64,000 nucleotides of DNA from Vulcanimicrobiota bacterium (GTDB lineage Bacteria > Vulcanimicrobiota > Vulcanimicrobiia > Vulcanimicrobiales > Vulcanimicrobiaceae), in NCBI GenBank assembly GCA_963733295.1, contig CAVTCS010000003.1, positions 1,920,001 through 1,984,000 on the forward strand. Reading direction: 5' to 3'. Position 1 is the first letter of the stretch, and each line of letters opens with the position of its first letter. This document shows, piece after piece, positions 47,522-56,814 of this stretch. Made by a program: the position numbers and the translations under genes. Below the pieces are notes generated by a model. The model saw only the letters and a list, made by a program, of their open reading frames with translations. It did no database searches and was not told where the DNA came from.

Positions 47522-50500
47522 TCAGCGCGAGAGCGACTCGGAGACCGGCGCTGACTCGACCGGCTCGGGCATGGGTATTTCCGGGCTGAGTTTGGCAAAG
47601 CGGTCGAGCGCACGCGGCCAATCTTCGAGGAGTGCGCGGGCACGCGGCGAGCCGGTCGCCTCGGCGTAGCGCAGCAGCAGCCCGTGAAGCTGGGCCACAT
47701 CGGGGTCTTCGGGACGGCAGGCGGCGAGGTGACAGGTCGTCGGCCCGAGCGAAAGGTCGGGCGCGGCCGGATCGAAACGCTCCTCGCCCGTCGCGATGAA
47801 GACGACGCCACCGCTCATGCCGCTCGCGAAATTCTTGCCCGCCGAACCGAGCAATGCGACGAATCCGGCGGTCATGTACTCGCAGCAATGATCGCCGGCG
47901 CCTTCAGCCACGAGTTCGGCGCCGCTATTGCGCACGCCGAAGCGCTCGCCCGCGATCCCGCGCACGAATCCTTCGCCGCCGCGCGCGCCGTAGAAACACG
48001 CGTTGCCGGCGATCGGTTCGACGCGTTCGCCAAAGCCGCGCACGACGATGCGACCACCTTCCATGCTCTTGCCGACGTAATCGTTCGCGTCGCCGTCGAG
48101 GTCCAGTGAAATGCCGTGCGTCAAAAACGCGCCAAAGCTCTGACCGGCCGAGCCGCGATAGCGCACCGCGACCTCTTCCTCCCGTTTGCCTTCGCTGCGC
48201 CGCCCCACGATCTCGTGAGCGATGCGCGCGCCGACGGCCCGGTCTGCCGGACGAATCGGAAGCGCCGGCGCACCGCGCGACGGCTTCGCGACCCACGGCC
48301 GGGGAACTAAGTCGTCGAGATGCGTCGGTTCGAGCGCCGGACGCCGCGGCGTCTCGGCGCGCTCGGGCAGGCGCAAGATCGCGCTGAGGTCGACGTCGTG
48401 CAGGCGCGGATCCTCAAGCGCGCGCCGGCGCAAAAGATCCGACCGCCCGAGCAACTCATCGAGCGAGCGTGCCCCGAGAGCGGCCATGCGGCGTCGCACG
48501 TCGCGCGCGACGAATTCGAGGAAAGCGATGGCCTCCTCGACGGTTCCCGCGAACTTGGCGCGCAGCGCCGGATCCTGGCTCGCGATGCCGACCGGGCAGG
48601 TGTTCTTATGGCATTGCCGGGCATAGATGCAACCGAGCGCGACGAGCAACGCGGTGCCGAAACCGCACGCGTCCGCACCGAGCAACGTCGCGATGATCAC
48701 GTCGCGCCCGCTCTTGAACCCACCGTCGACGCGGAGCTTGACGCGCGCGCGCAATCCGTTGGCGAGCAGCGCGTGATGCGTTTCGACCAAGCCGATTTCC
48801 CATGGCAGCCCGGCGTGCTTGATCGACGAGAGCGGCGACGCGCCCGTTCCGCCGTCGTGACCGCTGATGTGAATGACGTCGGCGTCGGCTTTGGCGACGC
48901 CGCTCGCGACGTAGCCGATTCCGGATTGTGCGACCAACTTGACGGCGATGCGCGCCTGCGGCGCGGCGCGGCGCAGATCGTAGATCAGTTCGGCCAAGTC
49001 TTCGATCGAATAGATGTCGTGGTGCGGGGGCGGTGAGATCAGCGATTGACCTTCCGAAGCGCCGCGCAGCTCCGCGATCTCGGCGGTGACCTTAAAACCG
49101 GGAATCTGACCGCCTTCGCCGGGCTTCGAGCCTTGCGCCATTTTGATTTCGACTTCGTCGGCGCTGGCGAGATAGGTCGCACCCACGCCGAAGCGGCCGG
49201 AAGCGACTTGCTTGATGCGGCTGCGCCCGTTGTCGAGTCCGCGACCGTAGCGCGAGGGGTGTTCGCCGCCTTCGCCGGAGTTGCTGCGCGCACCGATCTT
49301 GTTGGTGGCGCGCGCGATCACCGAATGCACTTCGGAGGCGAGCGCACCGTGCGACATCGCGGCGGTCACGAACCGGTCGGTAATCGATGCGACCGGTTCG
49401 ACTTCCTCAAGCGGTACGGGATCGCGCAGAGGCATCGCTTGCAAGAGATCGCGTAAGGTGACCGGCGCGCGCTGCTCCATCGCGTCGGATAGCTTTTCGA
49501 ACGCTTCGTAGTCGCCGCGCATCGCGCTGGCGCGTAGCGTCTTGATGACGTTCGGGTCGAACGCGTGGCGCACACCCTCGCGCCGGTACCGAAACAGGCC
49601 GCGGTCGGGCAGCGGTTTTTGCGAGTCGCGCGATTCGGCGAACCAAACGCGCACGTCGTCCTCGATTTCGGCGAAGCCCACCGCCGGGACGTGCGCGGCC
49701 ATGCCGGGGAAGCAGAGCTCGACGACTTCGTTGCGCAACCCGATCGACTCGAAGGTCTGCGCGCCCACGTACGAGCGCAGCGTGCAAATCCCGAGCTTCG
49801 CGAGAACTTTCAGCAAACCGGCACGCAAGCCGGTGACGTACGCCGTTCCGCTGCCGGAGCGAACGGCGGCACGCAAACTAAGCCAGGGCGTCACGACGTT
49901 CGCACCGGCGCCGAGCAAGGCGGCGACGGCGTGCGCGTCGCGCGCGTAGCCGTCGGCTACGGCGATCGAAGCCTGCATGCGCAGGCCGCGTTGCACGAGG
50001 CGTTGGTGTACGGCTCCCGCGGCGAGCAGACAGGGTACCATCGGCGCGTCGCGCCGATCGTCCAAAACCAGGAGCGAGGTGCCTTCTCGAACCGCTTTCT
50101 CCGCCTGATCGCAGAGGCCGAGCAAACGCGCCTGGAGCGAGAGCTCGCCGAGTTCGAGCGCGAGGACTTGCTGCCGGAGCCGTGCGTCGAAGCGGAGCGC
50201 GTCGAAATCGAGTTCGGAGATGATCGCGCTTTCGAGTTTGACCACCGAGTACGCGCCGGGAACGTCCCCGTTGATGTCGCCCGAGCCGGCCCAGGCGCGC
50301 ATGTCGAAGACGAGCGCCTCGCGCAGCGGATCGATCGGCGGATTCGTTACCTGTGCGAAGCGCTGGCGCAAGTAATCCGCGACCGGTGCGCGCCGTTCGA
50401 AGAACGCGGGCGTCGCATCGTCGCCCATCGAGAGGGTCGGTTCCGCCGCCGCGGCCAGCACGCCGACGACGTCCTTGAGCTCCTCGCGCGTCGCGCCGAA

Positions 50501-51790
50501 GCGGTGCAGATGCGCGTCGATGTCTTCATCGGGGCCGGCCTCGACCCGGTCGTGCAGCGGAAAGCTCCAAGTCTCGACGACCTCGCGGAAGTCGGCGCGC
50601 GCGCGGCGTTCGCTTCGGAACTGCTCCGTTTCAACGACCTCGCCCGACGCGAAGCGTACGATCAGTCTCCCGCCGGGGCCGAGCCGGCCGCGGCGCACGA
50701 TCGGATCGCCGCCGAAGTCGACGATGCCGGCTTCCGAGGCGACCAGGACTTTGTTTGCGGCGGTGCGGCACCAGCGCAGCGGACGGAGCCCGGCGCGGTC
50801 GAGTGCAGCGCCGATCGTATCGCCGTCGGCGAAGACGATGGCGGCCGGTCCGTCCCAGGGTTCGACGGTCGGCACGTGAGCGTCGTAGTACGCGCGCAGG
50901 CGCTCGTCGCTGCGCTCGATCGCCGGTGCCAGCAGGAGGTCGATCGCTTCGTCGACGCGGTAACCGGCGCCGACCATCGCGTCGACCGATGTGTTGAAGT
51001 CGTAGGAGTCGCTCGCCCCTTTGAGCGTCTTGATGCCGCGCGCCTCGAGCCACGCGCGGTTTCCCGTGATCGTGTTGATCTCGCCGTTGTGTGCGATGTG
51101 GCGGAACGGCTGAACGAGCCGCCACGACGGCGAGGTGTTCGTCGAAAAGCGCTGGTGGAAAAGCGCGAAGCGCGAGGCGAACAGCTCGTCGCGCAGGTCG
51201 TCGAAGTAAGCACCGAGTTCGTCAGACGAAAGCAGCGCCTTGTAAACGACCGAGGTGGCGGAGCACGACAGCAGCGAGGCGCTCGGGCCGAACTCGCGCA
51301 GCGCCTTCTCGATGGTGCGGGCGGCGGCACGCATGCGCTCGCGCACGTTGCCCGGCCCCATATCGACGATCAGCTGCTCGAACGACGGACGCATCGCGAG
51401 CGCCTGCACGCCCAGAATTTCGTCGTGCACGGGTGGGCTGCGCCAGCGCAGCGGGGTGACGTCGACGGCATGGACGCGCGCCTCGATGGCTGCCCGCGCG
51501 GAGGCTGCGGCGTCGGGTTCGCGCGGCATGAACAGGCAGATCGCCGCGAGATGCCGCGAAGCGGTGTGCAAGCTGACCTTCGACAGTTCGCGGGCGAGCA
51601 AGGTGCGCGGCGTCTCGCACAGGATCCCGGCGCCGTCGCCGGTGCGACCATCGGCGGCGCGCGCACCTCGATGCATCATCGAACCCGCCGCCTCGAGCGC
51701 CAGCTGAACGGTACCGTGCGAAGCCGGACCGCCGAGGTCGGCCAGAAAGCCGACACCACACGCGTCGTGTTCCTCAGGGAGAGGCCACAT
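47522..51790 (-). CDS. gltB: Glutamate synthase large subunit
   Basis: DACGVG, HQRFSTNT, HNGEIN, FAQVTNPPIDP, SNSGEGGE, QGSKPGEGG, SPPPHHDIYSIEDL, GCIYARQCHKNTCPVG. Confidence 0.97.
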   Translation of the reverse strand: MWPLPEEHDACGVGFLADLGGPASHGTVQLALEAAGSMMHRGARAADGRTGDGAGILCETPRTLLARELSKVSLHTASRHLAAICLFMPREPDAAASARAAIEARVHAVDVTPLRWRSPPVHDEILGVQALAMRPSFEQLIVDMGPGNVRERMRAAARTIEKALREFGPSASLLSCSATSVVYKALLSSDELGAYFDDLRDELFASRFALFHQRFSTNTSPSWRLVQPFRHIAHNGEINTITGNRAWLEARGIKTLKGASDSYDFNTSVDAMVGAGYRVDEAIDLLLAPAIERSDERLRAYYDAHVPTVEPWDGPAAIVFADGDTIGAALDRAGLRPLRWCRTAANKVLVASEAGIVDFGGDPIVRRGRLGPGGRLIVRFASGEVVETEQFRSERRARADFREVVETWSFPLHDRVEAGPDEDIDAHLHRFGATREELKDVVGVLAAAAEPTLSMGDDATPAFFERRAPVADYLRQRFAQVTNPPIDPLREALVFDMRAWAGSGDINGDVPGAYSVVKLESAIISELDFDALRFDARLRQQVLALELGELSLQARLLGLCDQAEKAVREGTSLLVLDDRRDAPMVPCLLAAGAVHQRLVQRGLRMQASIAVADGYARDAHAVAALLGAGANVVTPWLSLRAAVRSGSGTAYVTGLRAGLLKVLAKLGICTLRSYVGAQTFESIGLRNEVVELCFPGMAAHVPAVGFAEIEDDVRVWFAESRDSQKPLPDRGLFRYRREGVRHAFDPNVIKTLRASAMRGDYEAFEKLSDAMEQRAPVTLRDLLQAMPLRDPVPLEEVEPVASITDRFVTAAMSHGALASEVHSVIARATNKIGARSNSGEGGEHPSRYGRGLDNGRSRIKQVASGRFGVGATYLASADEVEIKMAQGSKPGEGGQIPGFKVTAEIAELRGASEGQSLISPPPHHDIYSIEDLAELIYDLRRAAPQARIAVKLVAQSGIGYVASGVAKADADVIHISGHDGGTGASPLSSIKHAGLPWEIGLVETHHALLANGLRARVKLRVDGGFKSGRDVIIATLLGADACGFGTALLVALGCIYARQCHKNTCPVGIASQDPALRAKFAGTVEEAIAFLEFVARDVRRRMAALGARSLDELLGRSDLLRRRALEDPRLHDVDLSAILRLPERAETPRRPALEPTHLDDLVPRPWVAKPSRGAPALPIRPADRAVGARIAHEIVGRRSEGKREEEVAVRYRGSAGQSFGAFLTHGISLDLDGDANDYVGKSMEGGRIVVRGFGERVEPIAGNACFYGARGGEGFVRGIAGERFGVRNSGAELVAEGAGDHCCEYMTAGFVALLGSAGKNFASGMSGGVVFIATGEERFDPAAPDLSLGPTTCHLAACRPEDPDVAQLHGLLLRYAEATGSPRARALLEDWPRALDRFAKLSPEIPMPEPVESAPVSESLSR

Positions 51791-51799
51791 TGAGCTTAA

Positions 51800-51862
51800 A
51801 TTCTAAGGCGAATCCGTCCGCGCGTCATTCGCCATTCGTTGCACGCTCTTGGACATTCGTTG
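51800..51862 (-). promoter_or_regulatory. Candidate gltB promoter with upstream 9-bp direct repeats
   Basis: Minus strand ATGACG-N17-TAGAAT ending 9 nt before the ATG; CATTCGTTG at 51833 and 51854. Confidence 0.5.
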
Positions 51863-51969
51863 AACGACGCGCGCAACTCTTATCCGTTTGACGCACGCCG
51901 GGAAACGAGCGCCGCCTCAAACTTCCGGGCGCGGAGATTTCCTTTTGGCGGCGGCCCCGCCGTTTGGAG

Positions 51970-52647
51970 TCAATCGACGCCTTCTCGTTCAGCTGCAAGG
52001 TTCAACAAGCGTCGCACCTCGTCGTCGCCGACTTGTTCGAAATCGTCGTACGAAGCGCCGACGCCGTAAAAAGGCTCCGGTACCTCGCAGCAGACAACCT
52101 CGTCCGCCTCACGCTCGACCGCATCGAACGCTTCCCGCGAGGCCGTCGGGAAAGCGGCCACGAGACGGGCAGGCTTCTTGATGCGGACCGCCGCGAGGGC
52201 CACCAGCATCGTCGAGCCGGTCGCAAGACCGTCGTCGACCACGATCGCTGTTCGCCCGCCGACGTCGTATTGGACGCGCTCGTCGCGATAGAGCCGCTCG
52301 CGGCGATCCAGTTCGGCGAGTTCGCGCCGCGCGACCTCGACGAGTTCGTCGCGCGAAACGTGCAGCGCCCGGATAACTTCCTCGTTCAGAATGGAAACGC
52401 CGCCGCTCGCGACGGCGCCCATCGCGAGTTCGGCGTGCCGTGGCACACCCAGTTTCCGCACCGTGAACACGTCGAGCGGGGCACCAAGCTCGAGCGCGAT
52501 CTCGTAGCCGACCGGAACGCCGCCGCGCGGAAGCGCGAGCACTACGGCTCGCTCCACCGGCACGGCACGCTCGCGCAAACGCTGCGCGAGGCGGCGGCCG
52601 GCGTCGCGCCGGTCCCGGAACGGACTGTCCCGAGCGAGAAACTCCAT
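51970..52647 (-). CDS. Phosphoribosyltransferase-family protein
   Basis: FRDRRDAG, LALPRGGVPV, VRKLGVP, VVDDGLATGST. Confidence 0.9.
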   Translation of the reverse strand: MEFLARDSPFRDRRDAGRRLAQRLRERAVPVERAVVLALPRGGVPVGYEIALELGAPLDVFTVRKLGVPRHAELAMGAVASGGVSILNEEVIRALHVSRDELVEVARRELAELDRRERLYRDERVQYDVGGRTAIVVDDGLATGSTMLVALAAVRIKKPARLVAAFPTASREAFDAVEREADEVVCCEVPEPFYGVGASYDDFEQVGDDEVRRLLNLAAEREGVD

Positions 52648-52710
52648 GCCCTTCATCATCCGGCGAAGCATCTCTAAGCGCAAGACGCCTTGCAGGCCGC
52701 GGCCGGCGCC

Positions 52711-53868
52711 CTAGCCCGACAGGCCTAGTGCGACCATCATCTTGTAGCCCACTTCCAGCGCGCGTTCGTCGATATCGAAGCGGGCGTTGTGGTGCGGGAA
52801 GGCCGTCGACTCACCGCCGCGGGCACCGACGACAAAGTAGGCGCCGGGCCGCTGCTCTTGCATGAACGACATGTCCTCCGCCCACATGATGATGTCGTGT
52901 TCCACGACGTTCTCCGCCCCGAGCACCTCGCGCCCGACTTCGCGCACTAAATCGTTGACGGTCGCGTCATTGACCGTCGGGGGATACGACCAGTGGTAGC
53001 GCAGGTCGTATTCGACGCGCATCGCATCGCTGAGGCCTTTGAGAATCCGCTCGAGACGCACCGGCATGGCAGCCCGAACTTCGGGATCGAGACAGCGCAC
53101 GGTGCCCATCATGGTTGCTTCGTCGGGGATGACGTTGAAGGTCGTGCCCGCTTGGAACTTACCGACGGTAAACACAGCCGGGTGCATAGGCGCGACTTCG
53201 CGACTGACGATCGTTTGAAGCATCGTCACGAAATACGCGCCGGCCACGACCGGATCGACCCCCATGTGCGGCATCGCTCCGTGGCCGCCTTGGCCTTTGA
53301 TCGTCAAAAAATACTCGTCGGCCGATGCGAAGAAGGCGCCGTCGCGCACGCCGATCTTCCCCACGTCGAGGCCGCTATACAAATGAAGCGCAAAGGTACG
53401 GTCGACGTGGGGATTCTCGAGCGCTCCGTCCTCGATCATGAAGCGATTGCCGGCGCTGCCCTCTTCGCCGGGCTGAAAACAGAAGACGAGCGTACCGGGA
53501 ACCTCCGCCCTGCGCTCGCAGAGCGTCCGTGCCGCAGCTAAGAGGATCGCGACGTGGCCGTCGTGCCCGCACGCGTGCATGACGCCGGGCCGTTCGGATA
53601 CGTAACTCGACTCGACGAGTTCAGCAATCGGCAGCGCGTCCATGTCGGCGCGCAACAGCGTCACCGGTCCGGGTTTTCCGCCTTGCAGGGTGCCGAGGAC
53701 TCCCGTTTTGCCGACACCGGTGCGCAGCGCGTCGAGCGGCAGCTTCCGCAGCTCGTCGGCTACAAAGGCGGCGGTCTCGTGCTCCACCATCGAAAGTTCC
53801 GGTTTGCGGTGCAGTTCCCGCCGAACGCGGATCAACTCGCCGGTCGGAACTTTTTCGGGTGCGATCAT
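52711..53868 (-). CDS. M20D amidohydrolase
   Basis: RRELHRKPELS, RADMDALP, MHACGHDGH, FQPGEE, GGHGAMPH, AEDMS. Confidence 0.94.
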   Translation of the reverse strand: MIAPEKVPTGELIRVRRELHRKPELSMVEHETAAFVADELRKLPLDALRTGVGKTGVLGTLQGGKPGPVTLLRADMDALPIAELVESSYVSERPGVMHACGHDGHVAILLAAARTLCERRAEVPGTLVFCFQPGEEGSAGNRFMIEDGALENPHVDRTFALHLYSGLDVGKIGVRDGAFFASADEYFLTIKGQGGHGAMPHMGVDPVVAGAYFVTMLQTIVSREVAPMHPAVFTVGKFQAGTTFNVIPDEATMMGTVRCLDPEVRAAMPVRLERILKGLSDAMRVEYDLRYHWSYPPTVNDATVNDLVREVGREVLGAENVVEHDIIMWAEDMSFMQEQRPGAYFVVGARGGESTAFPHHNARFDIDERALEVGYKMMVALGLSG

Positions 53869-53911
53869 GGAACTCGACTTCAACGGTCGGCCCGACCCAC
53901 CCCCGCCAGGA

Positions 53912-54670
53912 TCACCTCGCCGGGAATTGCGGAAACTGATAGTTGGCGTACGTCGCGAGACCCCGGGCGCTGAGCGTGAACAGCACGAGGTGCGCCGTGG
54001 CGCCGGCTTCTCCGCTTTGAACCAGCCAGTATGGGCCGGCCTCGCCGTACTCGACCGTAAGCAGAAACGGGACCGCAATGATGCCCGCGTGCTCGACCTC
54101 GTGCGCGACGATCCGGCGTACGTCGAAACTCGCCACGTCGATCCAGACTTCGCGAACCGGATAGCGCTCGGCTTCGCGACGCGGCTCGAAAAGCAAATGG
54201 TATGCCGGGTGCCCGCGGACGGATTCGACTCCGTCGAGGCTGACCTCATACGGATACCGGCTCACCGCGCGCGCGATCGCCAGCGTTTGCAGCGGCACCT
54301 GCGAAGCGTCTTCCGCGCTCCCGCCTCGGACGCGCGGAACGAGGCCGAAGGTTTCGTCGGGAAAGAGCCGTTGGCGCTCGGCGTTCACGCCCAGCGGTTC
54401 GCTGCCCGTGGCGGAGGTCACTCGCGCCGCGTAGCTCCGCGAAGCCGCGTCGTATTGAACGTGCATCGCTCGTGTGAATTCATCGTTTTTTCGAGTCCCG
54501 CGAAAGTTCACGTCGTACGCGATCGCCGCCGGCGTCGGGCGCGCGTTCCAGACTTCCAGCGCGTGCTGCAGTATCTCCATCGGCGGCGGCGCTTCGTCAG
54601 CCCGTGCAGCCGGGATTCCCACGAGCAGCGCACAGCCGAGCGCGACCGGCAACCGAAGGATTCGCTTCAC
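53912..54670 (-). CDS. Secreted hypothetical protein (possibly LolA-like fold)
   Basis: Signal peptide ending ARA-D; YHLLFEP...VWID pattern. Confidence 0.7.
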   Translation of the reverse strand: MKRILRLPVALGCALLVGIPAARADEAPPPMEILQHALEVWNARPTPAAIAYDVNFRGTRKNDEFTRAMHVQYDAASRSYAARVTSATGSEPLGVNAERQRLFPDETFGLVPRVRGGSAEDASQVPLQTLAIARAVSRYPYEVSLDGVESVRGHPAYHLLFEPRREAERYPVREVWIDVASFDVRRIVAHEVEHAGIIAVPFLLTVEYGEAGPYWLVQSGEAGATAHLVLFTLSARGLATYANYQFPQFPAR

Positions 54671-54796
54671 CCGGCGACATTTTCGGAGACTAAAGTCGAA
54701 TCCCTAACCCCGGCCGGAAGGCCGCTTTTCGCATCTCGAAAGGAAATAAGGAGCGCGGGCCGCGAGTATTCCAGGTTTCCCTCATGAGGAGGTCCG

Positions 54797-55819
54797 ATGG
54801 CCAAGGTGGTCCCTTCGCCGCAGCTCGAGCGGCACGGTCTCAGCGACGACCGGTTACGGGCGATGCTGCGGCTCATGCACATGCAACGTACGCTCGACAA
54901 CCGCGGCTTCCAGCTCAACCGTCAAGGGAAGATCCCGTTCGCGACGGGGAGCGAGGGGCACGAAGGCATCCACGCCGGCGCGGCCGAGGCGTTCGTTCGC
55001 GGCAAGGACATCCTCGTGCCGTACTACCGCGACGTCGGGCTGGTGATAGGCGTCGGGCTCGACCCGCTCGACGTCTTGCTCTCGCTTTTCGCGCGCGCGG
55101 CGGACCGTTCGGGCGGGCGGCAGTTCCCCAACCACTTCACGAACCACTCGATCGGGATCATGTCGATCAGTTCGATCATCGCCGCGCACTGCACGCACGC
55201 CGTCGGCGCTGCGTACGCGATGAAGTATCGCAAGGAAGAAGGCCGCGCGGTCCTCTGCACCTTCGGCGACGGCTCGACCAGCGAGGGCGAATGGCACGAG
55301 TCGATCAACTTCGCTGCGGTCCAAAAACTGCCGATCGTCTTCCTCTGCGAGAACAACGAGTGGGCCATCTCGACGCCGCGCCAACACCAGATGGCGATCG
55401 AGGCGATCGTGCAAAAAGCCGTCGGCTACGGTCTGCCCGGACACAAGGTCGACGGCTCGGACCCGATCGCCGTCTACGCCGTCGTCAAGGCCGCCCTCGA
55501 TCGGGCGCGTACCGGCGGCGGACCGACCCTCGTCGAAGCGACCTGTTATCGCTTCCTCTCGCACACGACGGACGACGACGATAGAACCTATCGCACGCGC
55601 GAAGAGATCGAGCGCCATCGCGGACAAGACCCGGTGCCGCGCTTCGAGCGTCTCTTGTTGGACGCCGGGGTCATCGACGAGGCTGCGCTGGCCGACCTCA
55701 AACGCGACGTCTTGCGCGAGGTCAACGAGTTGACCGACCGCGCCGAGGCGATGCCCTATCCATCGGCCGCCGATCTGTACACTCACGTTTACGAAGGACC
55801 TTACGAGCCATGGCAATAG
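54797..55819 (+). CDS. 2-oxoacid dehydrogenase E1 alpha (branched-chain type)
   Basis: QGKIPF, PYYRD, GGRQFPNHF, TPP motif GDGSTSEG...ENN. Confidence 0.92.
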   Translation: MAKVVPSPQLERHGLSDDRLRAMLRLMHMQRTLDNRGFQLNRQGKIPFATGSEGHEGIHAGAAEAFVRGKDILVPYYRDVGLVIGVGLDPLDVLLSLFARAADRSGGRQFPNHFTNHSIGIMSISSIIAAHCTHAVGAAYAMKYRKEEGRAVLCTFGDGSTSEGEWHESINFAAVQKLPIVFLCENNEWAISTPRQHQMAIEAIVQKAVGYGLPGHKVDGSDPIAVYAVVKAALDRARTGGGPTLVEATCYRFLSHTTDDDDRTYRTREEIERHRGQDPVPRFERLLLDAGVIDEAALADLKRDVLREVNELTDRAEAMPYPSAADLYTHVYEGPYEPWQ

Positions 55820-56814
55820 CCTCCGAGGCGACCACGACGATGAACAACGTTGAGGCGGTGCGCCACACGTTGCATCAAGCGTTGAGCGCAGATCCCAACG
55901 TCGTCATCCTGGGCGAGGACGTCGGCGCGCGCGGCAACGTCTTTTTGATTACGAAGGGCTTCATCGAGGAGTTCGGCGCCGAACGCATCATCGACACACC
56001 GCTGGCCGAGGCGTCGATCGTAGGCGTGGCGGTCGGAATGGCGATGGAGGGCTTGCGTCCGATCGCGGAGATTCAATTCGCCGACTTCATTTATCCCGCG
56101 TTCAATCAGATCGTTGGCGAGGCGGCGAAAACGCGCTACCGCTCCGCCGGCGACTACACCTGTCCCATGGTGATTCGGACGCCGTACGGCGGAGGCGTTC
56201 GCGGCGCGCTCTCGCATTCGGTTTCGATCGAAGCGCTGTTCTATCACGTCCCTGGGTTGAAGATCGTGGCGCCCTCGTTCCCGGCCGACATCAAAGGTTT
56301 GTTGACTGCGTCGATCGAGGATCCCGATCCGGTGCTCTTCCTCGAGCACAAGAAAACGTACCGGCTCGTCAAGGGACCCGTTCCGAACGGTCATTTCTCG
56401 ATTCCGATCGGAAAGGCCGACGTGAAGCGGGAGGGGACGCAACTCAGCGTCGTCTCGTACGGACTCTACGTTCACCAAGCGCTCGAGGCGGCCGAATCGC
56501 TCGCCGCCGACGGACTTTCCATCGAGGTTATCGACCTGCGCTCGATTCGTCCGATGGATCGCACCGCAATCCTTGCCAGCGTCAAGAAGACGCGCAAGCT
56601 CTTGATCGTTCACGAAGACAACAAGTTCGGCGGGATCGGAGCCGAGATCAGCGCGATGGTCGTCGAGGACGCGTTCTTCGATCTCGATGCACCGATCAGG
56701 CGTCTCGCCGGGCCCGACGTTCCGGCCATGGGCTACGCGCAACCGCTCGAAACAGAATTTATGGTCTCGACCTCTCGCATGGCCGAGGTCATGCGCGAAG
56801 TGATTGCGTTCTGA
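55810..56814 (+). CDS. 2-oxoacid dehydrogenase E1 beta
   Basis: GEDVG, DTPLAE, EIQFADF, PVLFLEHK, DLDAPI. Confidence 0.94.
   Translation: MAIASEATTTMNNVEAVRHTLHQALSADPNVVILGEDVGARGNVFLITKGFIEEFGAERIIDTPLAEASIVGVAVGMAMEGLRPIAEIQFADFIYPAFNQIVGEAAKTRYRSAGDYTCPMVIRTPYGGGVRGALSHSVSIEALFYHVPGLKIVAPSFPADIKGLLTASIEDPDPVLFLEHKKTYRLVKGPVPNGHFSIPIGKADVKREGTQLSVVSYGLYVHQALEAAESLAADGLSIEVIDLRSIRPMDRTAILASVKKTRKLLIVHEDNKFGGIGAEISAMVVEDAFFDLDAPIRRLAGPDVPAMGYAQPLETEFMVSTSRMAEVMREVIAF

Noticed and set aside
49565..51793. Long antisense ORFs (e.g. 742 aa opposite gltB, 593 aa opposite acs, 461 aa opposite EF-G2)
   Set aside because: These are shadow ORFs expected from high-GC codon bias; they show no motifs and fully overlap well-supported genes.
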